From positions 1 through 64,000 of the IMG/VR virus record IMGVR_UViG_3300025108_000015: a stretch of 64,000 bases of DNA; one strand, given 5' to 3'. The translations under genes and the position numbers were made by a program. Of this stretch, positions 18,629-28,573 are shown piece after piece. Position 1 is the stretch's first letter. Every line of letters starts with the position of its first letter. The notes under the pieces are model-generated. The model worked only from the letters and a program-made list of their open reading frames with translations. It was not told the DNA's origin and searched no databases. The stretch comes from a virus.

Positions 18629-18964
18629 ATGAAAGTAAAAGAAATTAAATATGGTATCGAAATCACGAAACCATGGAATGCCGAAATGTACAACCACAAT
18701 GAGAAAGTATCCGACTTGATGAAAGCTGAGTTGAGGTTGGCTTTGAACAATGCTATGAAAACTGAAAACGAGGAACTTCTAAGAGACGTTGCTTCCGTGA
18801 TTTGTCCAAGTGGATATGGTATTGGGTTTGAGATGGAAGACATCTACAATGAGTCTCTTAGAGAGTTAGGGATGGTTGAAAACTATTGGTTAAACGAAGA
18901 GTACCCCTATGGAGTAACAAAAGGTATAGTTCCTTCAGTTGAACTTGAATTCATAGGTTACTAA
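18629..18964 (+). CDS. Hypothetical protein
   Basis: 111-aa ORF directly behind a promoter motif. Confidence 0.65.
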   Translation: MKVKEIKYGIEITKPWNAEMYNHNEKVSDLMKAELRLALNNAMKTENEELLRDVASVICPSGYGIGFEMEDIYNESLRELGMVENYWLNEEYPYGVTKGIVPSVELEFIGY

Positions 18965-18991
18965 ACTTTAACAATTTCTTAACATTAAAAG

Positions 18992-19023
18992 TTTGGTGAT
19001 TTCAATATTAATCACTATATTAG
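18992..19023 (+). promoter_or_regulatory. Promoter-like TTTGG-N18-CTATATTAG, with upstream TTAACA-N5-TTAACA at 18968-18984
   Basis: Exact 18-nt spacer; intergenic. Confidence 0.7.
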
Positions 19024-19076
19024 TACTGTTGATGTGGGGATGTTACCACGATAATAAAAAATAAAAAATAAAAATT

Positions 19077-19349
19077 ATGACCTATCAAGAATTAAATCAG
19101 TTGAGTATCGAACAACTACGAGTGTTAAACAACAAAGTAGTTGAAGTGATTAAGATTAAGAAAAGTGAAAATGCACTTAACGTCAAAGAAGAACTTTACA
19201 TTGGTGCTAATGTGAGTGTTAATCACCCTAAGTTAAAGGGTAAACAACTCCGAGTTGAGAAAATCAACCGAACTAAGGCCGTTCTAAAAGTGTTGAATGG
19301 GTATGGGACTTACACAGTTCCTATGAATATGATTGAAGTAAACAAGTAA
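19077..19349 (+). CDS. Hypothetical protein (possible SH3-like beta fold)
   Basis: 90 aa; LYIGANVSV...LRVEKINRTKAVL. Confidence 0.6.
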   Translation: MTYQELNQLSIEQLRVLNNKVVEVIKIKKSENALNVKEELYIGANVSVNHPKLKGKQLRVEKINRTKAVLKVLNGYGTYTVPMNMIEVNK

Positions 19350-19352
19350 GAT

Positions 19353-19568
19353 ATGATAGTTCAGAAACCACAAAGTCAAGGTATCACAATTGACCTAACA
19401 GGTCCTCAAGGTAACGCATTTTTCCTTCTTGGGACTGCTAAGAAACTGGCTCGCCAACTCGATTTCAATGAGAGTTTCATTTTGAATGAAATGAAGAATG
19501 GTGACTATGAAAACTTAATCAAAGTATTTGACCACTACTTCGGTAGTGTAGTAACCCTTTATCGTTAG
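19353..19568 (+). CDS. Small conserved-type phage protein (IDLTGPQGNAF motif)
   Basis: IDLTGPQGNAFFLLG...GDYENLIKVFD..FG, a pattern recalled from many phages. Confidence 0.7.
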   Translation: MIVQKPQSQGITIDLTGPQGNAFFLLGTAKKLARQLDFNESFILNEMKNGDYENLIKVFDHYFGSVVTLYR

Positions 19569-19571
19569 GAT

Positions 19572-19754
19572 ATGACACACGTAGAAAAAGAACAATGGTT
19601 ACAAATGGCCAACAAACTTCAATGGGAGGGGTTAAATTCCCAAGAGTGGGAGACCATGGTGGAACTTCGCAAAAAGATGTTGATTGGTAAGGGTAAAAAT
19701 CCAAACCATTACGACTTAGGTTCAACACGATGTTCAAAAAAGTTTGGATACTAA
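19572..19754 (+). CDS. Hypothetical protein
   Basis: 60-aa ORF tightly packed in the operon. Confidence 0.5.
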   Translation: MTHVEKEQWLQMANKLQWEGLNSQEWETMVELRKKMLIGKGKNPNHYDLGSTRCSKKFGY

Positions 19755-19774
19755 CGAATAATTTCGTATATTAG
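19743..19774 (+). promoter_or_regulatory. Promoter-like TTTGG-N18-GTATATTAG
   Basis: Exact motif, 5 nt before the GTG of the PolA-like gene. Confidence 0.72.
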
Positions 19775-19779
19775 TCTTT

Positions 19780-21006
19780 GTGAAGATAGTAGATACAAAC
19801 GAACGATTACATAAACGCATCTCTGCCCTGTCAAGTAAGGTGTTGGTGTTTCCCATTCTAACAAGTTTGGTGAAACACCCTCATCTTTCCCGTATATCGT
19901 CTATTTTGATATCTGATGGTGATATTGACATTTTTGTAAACTACAATAATATAGACGCAGGTTATGTAACTGACCCAATAGACTTCAGTCAATTCGAAGA
20001 GGTATGTGTGGTTGGTTTAAAAGAGTTCTTACACCATTACGACTACCTACCTACAATGTCCGACCTTGAAATGGAGTTATTCCATCAGGCGAAGGATTTC
20101 GATGTAGAAGAACGACCTATATATACAATCTTTAGAAGACGTAAAGCTCCCAAAGCAAATGACCTCATTCCAATTTGGAAACACTATGAACAATTCCAAG
20201 ATTGGAAAGTTATGTGGTCTCAAAATCCGACCTCAAGTAAATTTAGTAAGTTGTATCCTAAATGTCTTAATTGGATAGAGAGAAGTGGGTTGTATACACA
20301 AGGTGGTATGGAGTATAGTCAATATAATATGTTCACTACCACATCTCGACCATCAAACACCTTTGGTGGTATTAACTATGCAGCACTTCCAAAAGATGGT
20401 GATGTTCGTAAGAGGTTCATATCACGATTTGAGGGTGGTAAGTTGTATCAGTTAGATTTTGATGGATACCACATTCGTTTGATTGCTAAATTGATAGGTG
20501 TAGACATACCATTAGACATCAAAGCACATAAGTGGTTAGCAGACCAATATGGAGCAGACCTCAAAGATGCAAAAGCAATCACGTTTAGACAATTATATGG
20601 GGGTGTCCAAGATGAATACAAACACATTCCATTCTTTAGTAAGACCTCAGAGTATATAGAGTCACTTTGGAATGACTTTTTACGTAATCGACTCACATTT
20701 ACCCCAATTATGAGCCGGAAAATAGAAATAATCGACTCACTCAATAAAAATAAGTTATTTAATTACATCTTACAATCGGTTGAGACTGAAAGAAACATAC
20801 TTATATTGGAGAAACTCTCTAATATGAAAAGCTCTCAAAAATCACTACCTATATTATACACATATGACTCAATATTGTTTGATGTGGATTCTGATGATGG
20901 TATTGAATATATTTTAGAAATAAAAAAAGTTATGGAGTCCGGTGGGTTTCCAACTGACATTGAAATTGGAGATAATTACAAAGATATGGTTAAGGTCAAT
21001 CTTTAG
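19780..21006 (+). CDS. Short, divergent family A DNA polymerase-like protein
   Basis: Motif A (LDFDGYHIR), motif B (AKAITFRQLYG), motif C (YTYDSILFD), RKRFISRFEGG; only 408 aa. Confidence 0.78.
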   Translation: MKIVDTNERLHKRISALSSKVLVFPILTSLVKHPHLSRISSILISDGDIDIFVNYNNIDAGYVTDPIDFSQFEEVCVVGLKEFLHHYDYLPTMSDLEMELFHQAKDFDVEERPIYTIFRRRKAPKANDLIPIWKHYEQFQDWKVMWSQNPTSSKFSKLYPKCLNWIERSGLYTQGGMEYSQYNMFTTTSRPSNTFGGINYAALPKDGDVRKRFISRFEGGKLYQLDFDGYHIRLIAKLIGVDIPLDIKAHKWLADQYGADLKDAKAITFRQLYGGVQDEYKHIPFFSKTSEYIESLWNDFLRNRLTFTPIMSRKIEIIDSLNKNKLFNYILQSVETERNILILEKLSNMKSSQKSLPILYTYDSILFDVDSDDGIEYILEIKKVMESGGFPTDIEIGDNYKDMVKVNL

Positions 21007-21012
21007 ATATTT

Positions 21013-23106
21013 ATGTTTATGAAGAAACTTATCAATTACATAGCAAAAAAAGTGTGGAACGAAGTGGGTGTATCCTTAAATGAAGGTATACATACCAAAG
21101 AGTCACTGAAAGCTACATACAAAGTAGTTTCAGACATATTAGGTGAATCTATTGCAGAAGAGTTACTTATCAACTTATTAGAAGCTAAAGATGATAAAGT
21201 CGATCCTGATACTGAAGTAACTTATAAGAATAAGGATGGTGAAAAGAAAACCACGACTTATAAAACTGCGATATCATCCGATAAAGAATCCCCTCAATAC
21301 AAAGCAGCAGATACCCTCAGAAATACCAATGATACGCCGGAAGAAAAAGAAGACGATGGTAAGTTTTCAAAATCCGACCAAATTGGTATGATGACTCAGA
21401 TAGAAAAAGATGCTCAAGCTAATACCGATGATAACGAATCCGATTCTACAAACGAACCATCACCAAAAATCACCGACAGCGTATATGGTACTGCTGGAAA
21501 GGGTGATACTGACGTAAAGAACAATATGTTCAAATACGGATTCTCAGGATATCAGAAAGGTACTGGTAAAAGGCCGGCTCCTGGTTCTCCTGGTTCTGCT
21601 TTTAACGAAATCGCATCTGGTGAAGGTATTCATATGCTGAACGAGAACCCAAATATGACCGAAGAAGAGTTGGCTCGTAAAATGTATGACCAATACAAAG
21701 AAACCGCACTTGGTAAAGAGCAAAGTAGGTCATCCGGAGTTGGTAGTATACCAAGTGACGTTGAAAATGACAAACTATACTCAAAATGTGTGATATCAGC
21801 ACGGTCAGCTAAAACCAAATACGATACGACTCAAAATAGAGTATCCGAACTACAATCTAAAGGTAACTTTGGTAGTATTGATAAGATAGACACTTATTAT
21901 GGAGCAGCAGAATCCATAGATGCGCAGGTGTTAGCAATTAATGGCGCTAATAAGGTAATTTTACCCAATGGTACTGAGGTTGGTAAAGAAGATGCTGTTG
22001 CTTTTGTAAAAGCCGGTGGTGGTGGTATGAACCCATCCGATACTGCTACGTTTGCTAAGGATAAGTCTGGTAATTTACTTATACAATTCCACTCAGACAA
22101 AACATCCACCGCAGATATCCAAGATAACTCTACCCTAGCTCAGGAGGGTGAAAATTATAAATCATCCATTGATAAACTTGATGGGTTATCTGATGAACAA
22201 AAGACTAAGGCAAAGGCATTAGTCGATGAATACTCTGATAAAATGTCTTCCATTGAAGGCAGTTATAATAGCCAAACGGCTAAGATTGCTGGTAGATTAT
22301 CAGAACTTCCAGTTGAAGCTCAAGTAGATATCATCGAAAAGGATACTGGTACTTTGAAGAAAAATATAGAAGTTGCAATTTTTGGTAAAGATGGTAAGCC
22401 TAAAAAACAATTTCAAAATTACCTTTCAGATGGAGCCACCTCAGATTCACTTTCTACGGAAGACAAGTACAATGCTATTCGTAGATTAGTAGCTGATGGT
22501 AATGGTAAAAGTAATGAGATTAAGGTAATCACTAAAGTAGGCCTCGCTTTACAATCTAAAGATTCATCTGTTGAAGGTATTGATGTTAAAAAATTAATTT
22601 CTGATGAGAGGGAGCAGGTTGTAAATCTTCAAAGAGAACGTATACAACAACTAAACTCACAAGGTTCTACTGACGTAGATGGTGTTGCTGTTCCATTGGG
22701 TAGGTTAATGGAGGCTGAGGAGACTATTAGGGGATTTCATCTCACATTGATGGACTACCCACCAAAGGATTACAAAGAAGGTGACCCATCATCTATGGTA
22801 GGTTCATCTCTCGATGTCAATATGGGTGGTGCTCAAGTAAATGGTGAAAAGCTTAGAGGCTGTATGGGTGTTGGTAGTAGTACCGAATTTAAACAAAAAT
22901 TCAGACTTAATGAAGTTGATGAAATCGTAAAAGATAAAGAAGGTAATGTTACTGGTAAGACTGTATTCGTTTACGCCATAGATTCCAAAGGTAAGCAACT
23001 GGAAATAGGTAAGAAGTCCTACCGTTCTAAAGCAGGTGCTACTGGGAAGACTAACAATACATTTACATATAGTAGTGAAATACAAAAGTGTTTCAAATCT
23101 AAGTAG
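21013..23106 (+). CDS. Large hypothetical protein (697 aa)
   Basis: Intact long ORF with an acidic low-complexity linker at about aa 100-150; the start may be ATG 21019. Confidence 0.75.
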   Translation: MFMKKLINYIAKKVWNEVGVSLNEGIHTKESLKATYKVVSDILGESIAEELLINLLEAKDDKVDPDTEVTYKNKDGEKKTTTYKTAISSDKESPQYKAADTLRNTNDTPEEKEDDGKFSKSDQIGMMTQIEKDAQANTDDNESDSTNEPSPKITDSVYGTAGKGDTDVKNNMFKYGFSGYQKGTGKRPAPGSPGSAFNEIASGEGIHMLNENPNMTEEELARKMYDQYKETALGKEQSRSSGVGSIPSDVENDKLYSKCVISARSAKTKYDTTQNRVSELQSKGNFGSIDKIDTYYGAAESIDAQVLAINGANKVILPNGTEVGKEDAVAFVKAGGGGMNPSDTATFAKDKSGNLLIQFHSDKTSTADIQDNSTLAQEGENYKSSIDKLDGLSDEQKTKAKALVDEYSDKMSSIEGSYNSQTAKIAGRLSELPVEAQVDIIEKDTGTLKKNIEVAIFGKDGKPKKQFQNYLSDGATSDSLSTEDKYNAIRRLVADGNGKSNEIKVITKVGLALQSKDSSVEGIDVKKLISDEREQVVNLQRERIQQLNSQGSTDVDGVAVPLGRLMEAEETIRGFHLTLMDYPPKDYKEGDPSSMVGSSLDVNMGGAQVNGEKLRGCMGVGSSTEFKQKFRLNEVDEIVKDKEGNVTGKTVFVYAIDSKGKQLEIGKKSYRSKAGATGKTNNTFTYSSEIQKCFKSK

Positions 23107-23116
23107 GAGATAATGA

Positions 23117-23503
23117 GTGAGAACACAATTATTATGTACATTTTCAACTGAGAGTGAATTCGAAGATATGGTAAAACATATATTATCGGCATATGAAATA
23201 TTTAGCCGTAAGATATTTGTTCTAAAATTAAAACCATCAAATGAGTTGGTAATAAGTTATAATATAGTACCAAATGGTGTTAAATTTTTACCAGCTACGA
23301 TTATGGTACATAGAAAGAAGGAATCGAATACCATGTACACAATAAATTCACTGAATACATTAATAACATCTGAAAATGGTGGGTATTTAGATAAATCGTA
23401 TCAAGTAGATTGGAACAAATATAGGAATTCACTTATACTTACAGATGGTGATGGCTTTAAGGTAATGAAGACGAGTTTATTCCGAATTATTGACGTTAAT
23501 TAA
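23117..23503 (+). CDS. Hypothetical protein
   Basis: GTG start with AGGAG at 23105; MRTQLLCTF...HRKKESNTMYTINSLN. Confidence 0.7.
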   Translation: MRTQLLCTFSTESEFEDMVKHILSAYEIFSRKIFVLKLKPSNELVISYNIVPNGVKFLPATIMVHRKKESNTMYTINSLNTLITSENGGYLDKSYQVDWNKYRNSLILTDGDGFKVMKTSLFRIIDVN

Positions 23504-23573
23504 CTCCAGCGCCATATTTATATGAGTACGAAAGTACAACAACAAAATAAAAAATAAAATATTTTAGAATACA

Positions 23574-23605
23574 TTTGGTTTTGTCACCCAAATGTTGTAT
23601 ATTAG
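23574..23605 (+). promoter_or_regulatory. Promoter-like TTTGG-N18-GTATATTAG
   Basis: Exact motif, intergenic, upstream of the SSB gene. Confidence 0.72.
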
Positions 23606-23644
23606 TGACATAGTTAACAATTAATAATTAAAAAGAGTAGTATT

Positions 23645-24406
23645 ATGGCTATTGATTTAAATGCAATCCGCAATCGTTTGAACACGCTTCAAACAAAAGT
23701 AACAAAGACTGATAATCTTTGGAAACCACAACCAGGTAAACAACAAATCCGTATTTTACCTTACACCCACAACGCTTCGAATCCGTTTATTGAACTTTAC
23801 TTCCACTTTGGTTTTGGTGGTAAAAACATCATCTCTCCAAGTTCATTTGGTGAGGCTGACCCTTTATTGGAATTCGCTGAAAAGTTGAAAGCAACTGGAA
23901 ATCGTGATGATTACCAATTGTCTCGTAAATTAACTCCTAAGATGAGAACATACGTACCAGTATTGGTTCGTGGTGAAGAGTCTGAAGGTGTTAAGTTTTG
24001 GGGATTTGGTAAAAACGTTTACCAAGAACTATTAGGGTTCTTCGCAGACCCTGATTATGGTGATTTGACCGATCCAGTAAATGGTCGTGATGTAACAGTA
24101 GAATTCAAAACTGCTGCTGAACTTGGTAAGTCTTATCCTGAGACCTACATCCGTGTAAAACCAAACACAACTCCAATCTCTGAGGATTCAAACATTGTTG
24201 AATCATCTAAAGAGCAGATTGAACTTCCAGGTATGTTCAAAAAAGTAACATATGAAGAAATGGAAGGTATGTTGAAAGAATGGTTAGAAACTGGTGAAGT
24301 ATCAGATACGAAAGAACAACCAGTTGCTGAAACATCTCAACCAACTCAATCAACTTCTCCCGCATCTAATGTAAAAGATGCATTTGACGATTTATTTAAC
24401 GACTAA
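23645..24406 (+). CDS. Single-stranded DNA-binding protein (T4 gp32-like)
   Basis: WKPQPGKQQIRILP, PFIELYFH, GVKFWGFGK, GRD..V, acidic tail DAFDDLFND. Confidence 0.85.
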   Translation: MAIDLNAIRNRLNTLQTKVTKTDNLWKPQPGKQQIRILPYTHNASNPFIELYFHFGFGGKNIISPSSFGEADPLLEFAEKLKATGNRDDYQLSRKLTPKMRTYVPVLVRGEESEGVKFWGFGKNVYQELLGFFADPDYGDLTDPVNGRDVTVEFKTAAELGKSYPETYIRVKPNTTPISEDSNIVESSKEQIELPGMFKKVTYEEMEGMLKEWLETGEVSDTKEQPVAETSQPTQSTSPASNVKDAFDDLFND

Positions 24407-24411
24407 TCAGT

Positions 24412-25542
24412 ATGGCTAAGAAGAAGGCAAGTTCACGTGATGAACTATCTTCTATCCTCGCTACCAACCTAAACAAGAAGTTTAAGTCCGCCAATAAGGT
24501 GGCTTTCTTCTTGGATGGGGCGGAGACAACTCCTACCGACTTAGATGAGTGGGTATCGACTGGCTCCCCTATGTTGGATTTAGCAATCTCAAACCGACCA
24601 AATGGTGGATTACCAGTAGGTCGTATTACTGAGATTACAGGATTAGAAGGTAGTGGTAAATCACTATTGGCAGCTCATTCAATTGCAGACACTCAGAAGA
24701 AAGGTGGTCTTGGAGTCTATATAGATACCGAGAACGCAATGAATCAAGAGTTCTTAGAAGCAATTGGTGTTGATGTCAAAAAGATGTTATATGTTCCATT
24801 AGAAACAGTGGAAGACATCTTTGAAGCAATTGATTCAATTATTGAATCAGTACGTTCTTCTGATAAGAAGAAATTGGTTACAATCGTAGTTGACTCCGTA
24901 GCAGGTGCATCTACTAAAGTTGAGATATCAGCTGATTACGACCAAGCTGGTTACGCAACTCAAAAAGCCATCATTATCTCGAAGGCAATGAGAAAGGTAA
25001 CTAATCTTATTGGACGAGAACGAATTTCACTAATCTTCACCAATCAATTGAGAACACGTTTAGGTGTATCATTTGGTGACCCTTGGACAACGAGTGGTGG
25101 TAAGGCAATTGCTTTCCACTCATCGTGTAGATTGAGACTGAAACAAATGGGTCAGTTAAAATCCAAAGTAGGTGGTGTAGACCAAGTGGTTGGTATTAAG
25201 ACTCGTGCTCAAGTAGTTAAGAATAGAATGGGGCCACCGCTTCGTTCGGTAGATTACGATATTTACTTTGATAGGGGTATCGATAATTATGGTTCTTGGT
25301 TACAAATGATGAAGAGTTATAAACTGATTGACCAAAGTGGTGCTTGGTACACTTACGCGGATAAAGAGACTGGTGAGGAGATTAAGTTCCAAGCCAAGAA
25401 TTTCGAAGACCTCCTACAAGAGAGACCCGAACTAAAAGAGTCAATTTATTCTCAAATTTGTAATGCATATATTATGTCTTACAAAAAATCAAGTGAAGAG
25501 GCAAATATAGATAACGTAGAAGTAGAAGATTTCGATGCATAG
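24412..25542 (+). CDS. recA: RecA/UvsX recombinase
   Basis: STGSPMLDLA, GGLPVGRITEITGLEGSGKS, YIDTENA, IVVDSVA, IFTNQLR, TTSGGKA. Confidence 0.95.
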   Translation: MAKKKASSRDELSSILATNLNKKFKSANKVAFFLDGAETTPTDLDEWVSTGSPMLDLAISNRPNGGLPVGRITEITGLEGSGKSLLAAHSIADTQKKGGLGVYIDTENAMNQEFLEAIGVDVKKMLYVPLETVEDIFEAIDSIIESVRSSDKKKLVTIVVDSVAGASTKVEISADYDQAGYATQKAIIISKAMRKVTNLIGRERISLIFTNQLRTRLGVSFGDPWTTSGGKAIAFHSSCRLRLKQMGQLKSKVGGVDQVVGIKTRAQVVKNRMGPPLRSVDYDIYFDRGIDNYGSWLQMMKSYKLIDQSGAWYTYADKETGEEIKFQAKNFEDLLQERPELKESIYSQICNAYIMSYKKSSEEANIDNVEVEDFDA

Positions 25543-26584
25543 TAGATACGCAGAACTCCTCAATGAGGTGAGTAAAGAACATAGTGAAGTTAAAGACGAA
25601 AGTCTAAATGATAACGTTCTAATCATAGATGGATTAAATCAATTTATCAGAGTATTTGGGGCAGTACCTGCGTTGAATGATGATGGAGAACATTGTGGTG
25701 GTGTGACAGGATTCCTTCTGTCCACCGCTGCAACCATCCGAAGATTGAAACCTACACGTGTCGTTATCGTGTTTGATGGTAAAGGTGGGTCTAATCGTAG
25801 AAAGTCAATGTATAAAGGTTATAAGGAAGGTCGTACTGGTCTGACTAAAATCAATAGATTGGCTGGATACGAAGATTTGGAGGACCAACAAGTATCGATG
25901 AGAAATCAATTCACACGATTGATTGAGTATCTCCAAGTCTTACCTATCTCTCTTACCTATATTGATTATGTAGAAGCTGATGATATCATGGCATATCTCG
26001 CAAATCACTACTTTAAGAAAAATGTTACAATCATCTCATCAGACAAAGACTTTTTACAATTGGTAAATCACCGAATCAAGGTATACGCTCCAACTAAGAA
26101 GAAAATGTATGATGAAGAACTTGTAATGAAGGATTATGGTGTTAAACCACAAAATCTTGTATTTTATCGTATGATTGAGGGTGATAAATCTGATAACATT
26201 GAGGGTGTCCGTGGTGTTGGTCCTAAAACCATTCTTAATAAGATGACATTCCTAAATGATGAGGTTCTTGAAATGGACACATTCATATCTAAAATCAAAA
26301 CTGAGTGTGATGATAAACTATCACAAAAGTTGATTGAGAATGTAACAACTCTCGAAATGAATTACAATCTAATGCAACTTAAAGATCCTGAAATCTCATC
26401 TTCAATCAAATCTAAGGTTAGGGAGATTATGGATGAACAAGAGGCAACTTTGGATGTGCCAGAATTTAAGAAGATGTTTATGTATGACAAATTATATACT
26501 GCATTTTCAAACGTAGATTCATGGTTACGTAATTCATTTACTTTATTAGATGGTTATTTAAAAAACCATGTTAATGAATCCTGA
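25535..26584 (+). CDS. 5'-3' exonuclease / flap endonuclease (T4 RNase H-like)
   Basis: LIIDGLN, IVFDG, YKEGR, EADDIMA, SSDKDFLQL, GDKSDNIEGVRGVGPKT. Confidence 0.92.
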   Translation: MHSRYAELLNEVSKEHSEVKDESLNDNVLIIDGLNQFIRVFGAVPALNDDGEHCGGVTGFLLSTAATIRRLKPTRVVIVFDGKGGSNRRKSMYKGYKEGRTGLTKINRLAGYEDLEDQQVSMRNQFTRLIEYLQVLPISLTYIDYVEADDIMAYLANHYFKKNVTIISSDKDFLQLVNHRIKVYAPTKKKMYDEELVMKDYGVKPQNLVFYRMIEGDKSDNIEGVRGVGPKTILNKMTFLNDEVLEMDTFISKIKTECDDKLSQKLIENVTTLEMNYNLMQLKDPEISSSIKSKVREIMDEQEATLDVPEFKKMFMYDKLYTAFSNVDSWLRNSFTLLDGYLKNHVNES

Positions 26585-27116
26585 TTTAAGAACTGAAGTA
26601 TGGGAAGGTACTATTGAGTATCATAACCTTAAAGAAGTTGGTTGGTATGGTATAGGTGGTCCCGAACACCCTCTATTTAAAACATTAATAGATAGGAGTT
26701 TATCGGAATCAAAATATATATCAGAATATCAGCTATATGTAGTTGGTGGTTTATTAGAAGAGTGGGTATCTTGGGATATTGACCTTGCTATTATAGGAGA
26801 ATATGATCCTGTTAAAATTAAGGAAATTGCCGAAACAGTTATGAAAATTTCATTTGAACTTAGAGTTTTTGTTGATTTTCATTTTCAAAGAAAATTATGG
26901 CCTGTACATTTGTATTCAAAATATGGGGGTTATGAAGAGTATCATGATTGTTATAGACTTAGTAATAATTTTAAAAACAATGGTAATCCACAGGATTTAA
27001 GTAATCTTGTAGAAGTAGATGGGCTGTATATGCATACCATACACTATCCATTTCAAAAACATATTACGAGGCGTGAAGAGGGTTACATACATAAAGCCCC
27101 TCTTTTACTAAATTAA
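26568..27116 (+). CDS. Hypothetical protein with a possible nucleotidyltransferase (Pol-beta-like) motif
   Basis: LYVVGG-x8-DIDLAIIG. Confidence 0.45.
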   Translation: MLMNPDLRTEVWEGTIEYHNLKEVGWYGIGGPEHPLFKTLIDRSLSESKYISEYQLYVVGGLLEEWVSWDIDLAIIGEYDPVKIKEIAETVMKISFELRVFVDFHFQRKLWPVHLYSKYGGYEEYHDCYRLSNNFKNNGNPQDLSNLVEVDGLYMHTIHYPFQKHITRREEGYIHKAPLLLN

Positions 27117-27117
27117 G

Positions 27118-27149
27118 TTTGGATAGTTCAAATTAAAGTCGTATATTAG
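27118..27149 (+). promoter_or_regulatory. Promoter-like TTTGG-N18-GTATATTAG
   Basis: Exact motif, 7 nt before the helicase ATG. Confidence 0.72.
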
Positions 27150-27156
27150 TAACTAT

Positions 27157-28515
27157 ATGGAGAAGTTAGGAAGTAAATTTAGTACATCATTTCAAAATAA
27201 GGTAATATCTGCCATAATATCCGATAGGCCGTTTACACGTCAAATCTACGATATACTAAAGCCGGAATACTTTGACTCTGAAGCATCTGAATGGTTGGTA
27301 ACCAACATCATGAAGCACTTTGATGAGTATGAGACCATGCCAACATTAGATGTCTTAAAAGTTAAAGTCAATTCCATTGAACGAGATGTTCTAAAAACAT
27401 CAGTAGTAGACACCTTAAAGTATGCATGGAATCACTTAGATAGTGATGACCTTTCGTATGTTAAAGACCAAGTTTTAGACTTTTGTAAGAACCAATCCAT
27501 TAAGAATGCAATATTAGATTCGGTAACACTATTAGAGGATGGAAGATACGAGACCATAAAGAAGAACATTGATACTGCTATGAAAGCCGGTCAGGATTCG
27601 GATATTGGACACGACTATAAAATAATGATTACGGATAGATACGAAGATACAGTCCGTAATGTAGTTTCGACTGGATGGGATGTCGTTGACGAAATAACTC
27701 AAGGTGGGTTTGGTAAAGGTGAGTTAATTTTATTCGCAGCTCCTCCTGGAATTGGTAAGTCTTGGGCATTAGTTAATATTGGTGTCAATGCTATGAAAGC
27801 CGGTAAAACAGTAGCTCATTATACGTTGGAATTAAATGAAGGATATACGGGCCAGAGATATGATGCTGTTTTGAGTGGTGTAGCAGTTGCTAACCTAAAG
27901 TATAATATGGAGGATGTCCAAAAGGCAGTTGAAAATGTAAAAGGTGACTTGGTAATCAAACACTATCCAACTAAAACAGCTGGTGTAACTTCGTTAAAAG
28001 CACATATGGATAAGATGACTTTACAAGGTAAGAAGCCGGATTTGGTTATCGTGGATTACGCTGACCTTTTAAGAGGGCCACAAAAAGAAAAAAGACACGA
28101 GGAGTTGGAAGAAATTATTGAAGACCTACGAGGTTTGGCAGGTGAGTATGAAGTTCCAGTCTTTACAGCATCTCAGATTAATAGAAGTGGTGCAGAAGAT
28201 GACATCATTACAGGTACTAAGATTGCTGGGTCATTCTCCAAGATGATGACTGCTGATTTTGTGGTATCATTATCTCGTAAGATTGAAGATAAACTCGCTG
28301 GAACTGGTAGATGGCACGTAATTAAGAATAGATTTGGACCTGATGGTATGACATTCCCATCCAAAGCAAACTTCTCAACTGGCCAAATTCACATATATAA
28401 TGAGGATTCTATAAATGGTAGACAAACTCAAAAAGATATGAAACAAGGGGAGAGTTTAGTAAGAAAAGAATTGGCACAAAAATATAAAGAAATGAGTGGT
28501 GATATAGGTTTTTAG
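27157..28515 (+). CDS. DnaB-like replicative helicase (gp41-like)
   Basis: AAPPGIGKS Walker A, YTLEL, VIVDYADLL, TASQINR, KNRFGPDG. Confidence 0.93.
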   Translation: MEKLGSKFSTSFQNKVISAIISDRPFTRQIYDILKPEYFDSEASEWLVTNIMKHFDEYETMPTLDVLKVKVNSIERDVLKTSVVDTLKYAWNHLDSDDLSYVKDQVLDFCKNQSIKNAILDSVTLLEDGRYETIKKNIDTAMKAGQDSDIGHDYKIMITDRYEDTVRNVVSTGWDVVDEITQGGFGKGELILFAAPPGIGKSWALVNIGVNAMKAGKTVAHYTLELNEGYTGQRYDAVLSGVAVANLKYNMEDVQKAVENVKGDLVIKHYPTKTAGVTSLKAHMDKMTLQGKKPDLVIVDYADLLRGPQKEKRHEELEEIIEDLRGLAGEYEVPVFTASQINRSGAEDDIITGTKIAGSFSKMMTADFVVSLSRKIEDKLAGTGRWHVIKNRFGPDGMTFPSKANFSTGQIHIYNEDSINGRQTQKDMKQGESLVRKELAQKYKEMSGDIGF

Positions 28516-28573
28516 AGACTATATATTACCACCCCAATTAACATAATGTCTAACAATTTAACAAGGAATCCCT

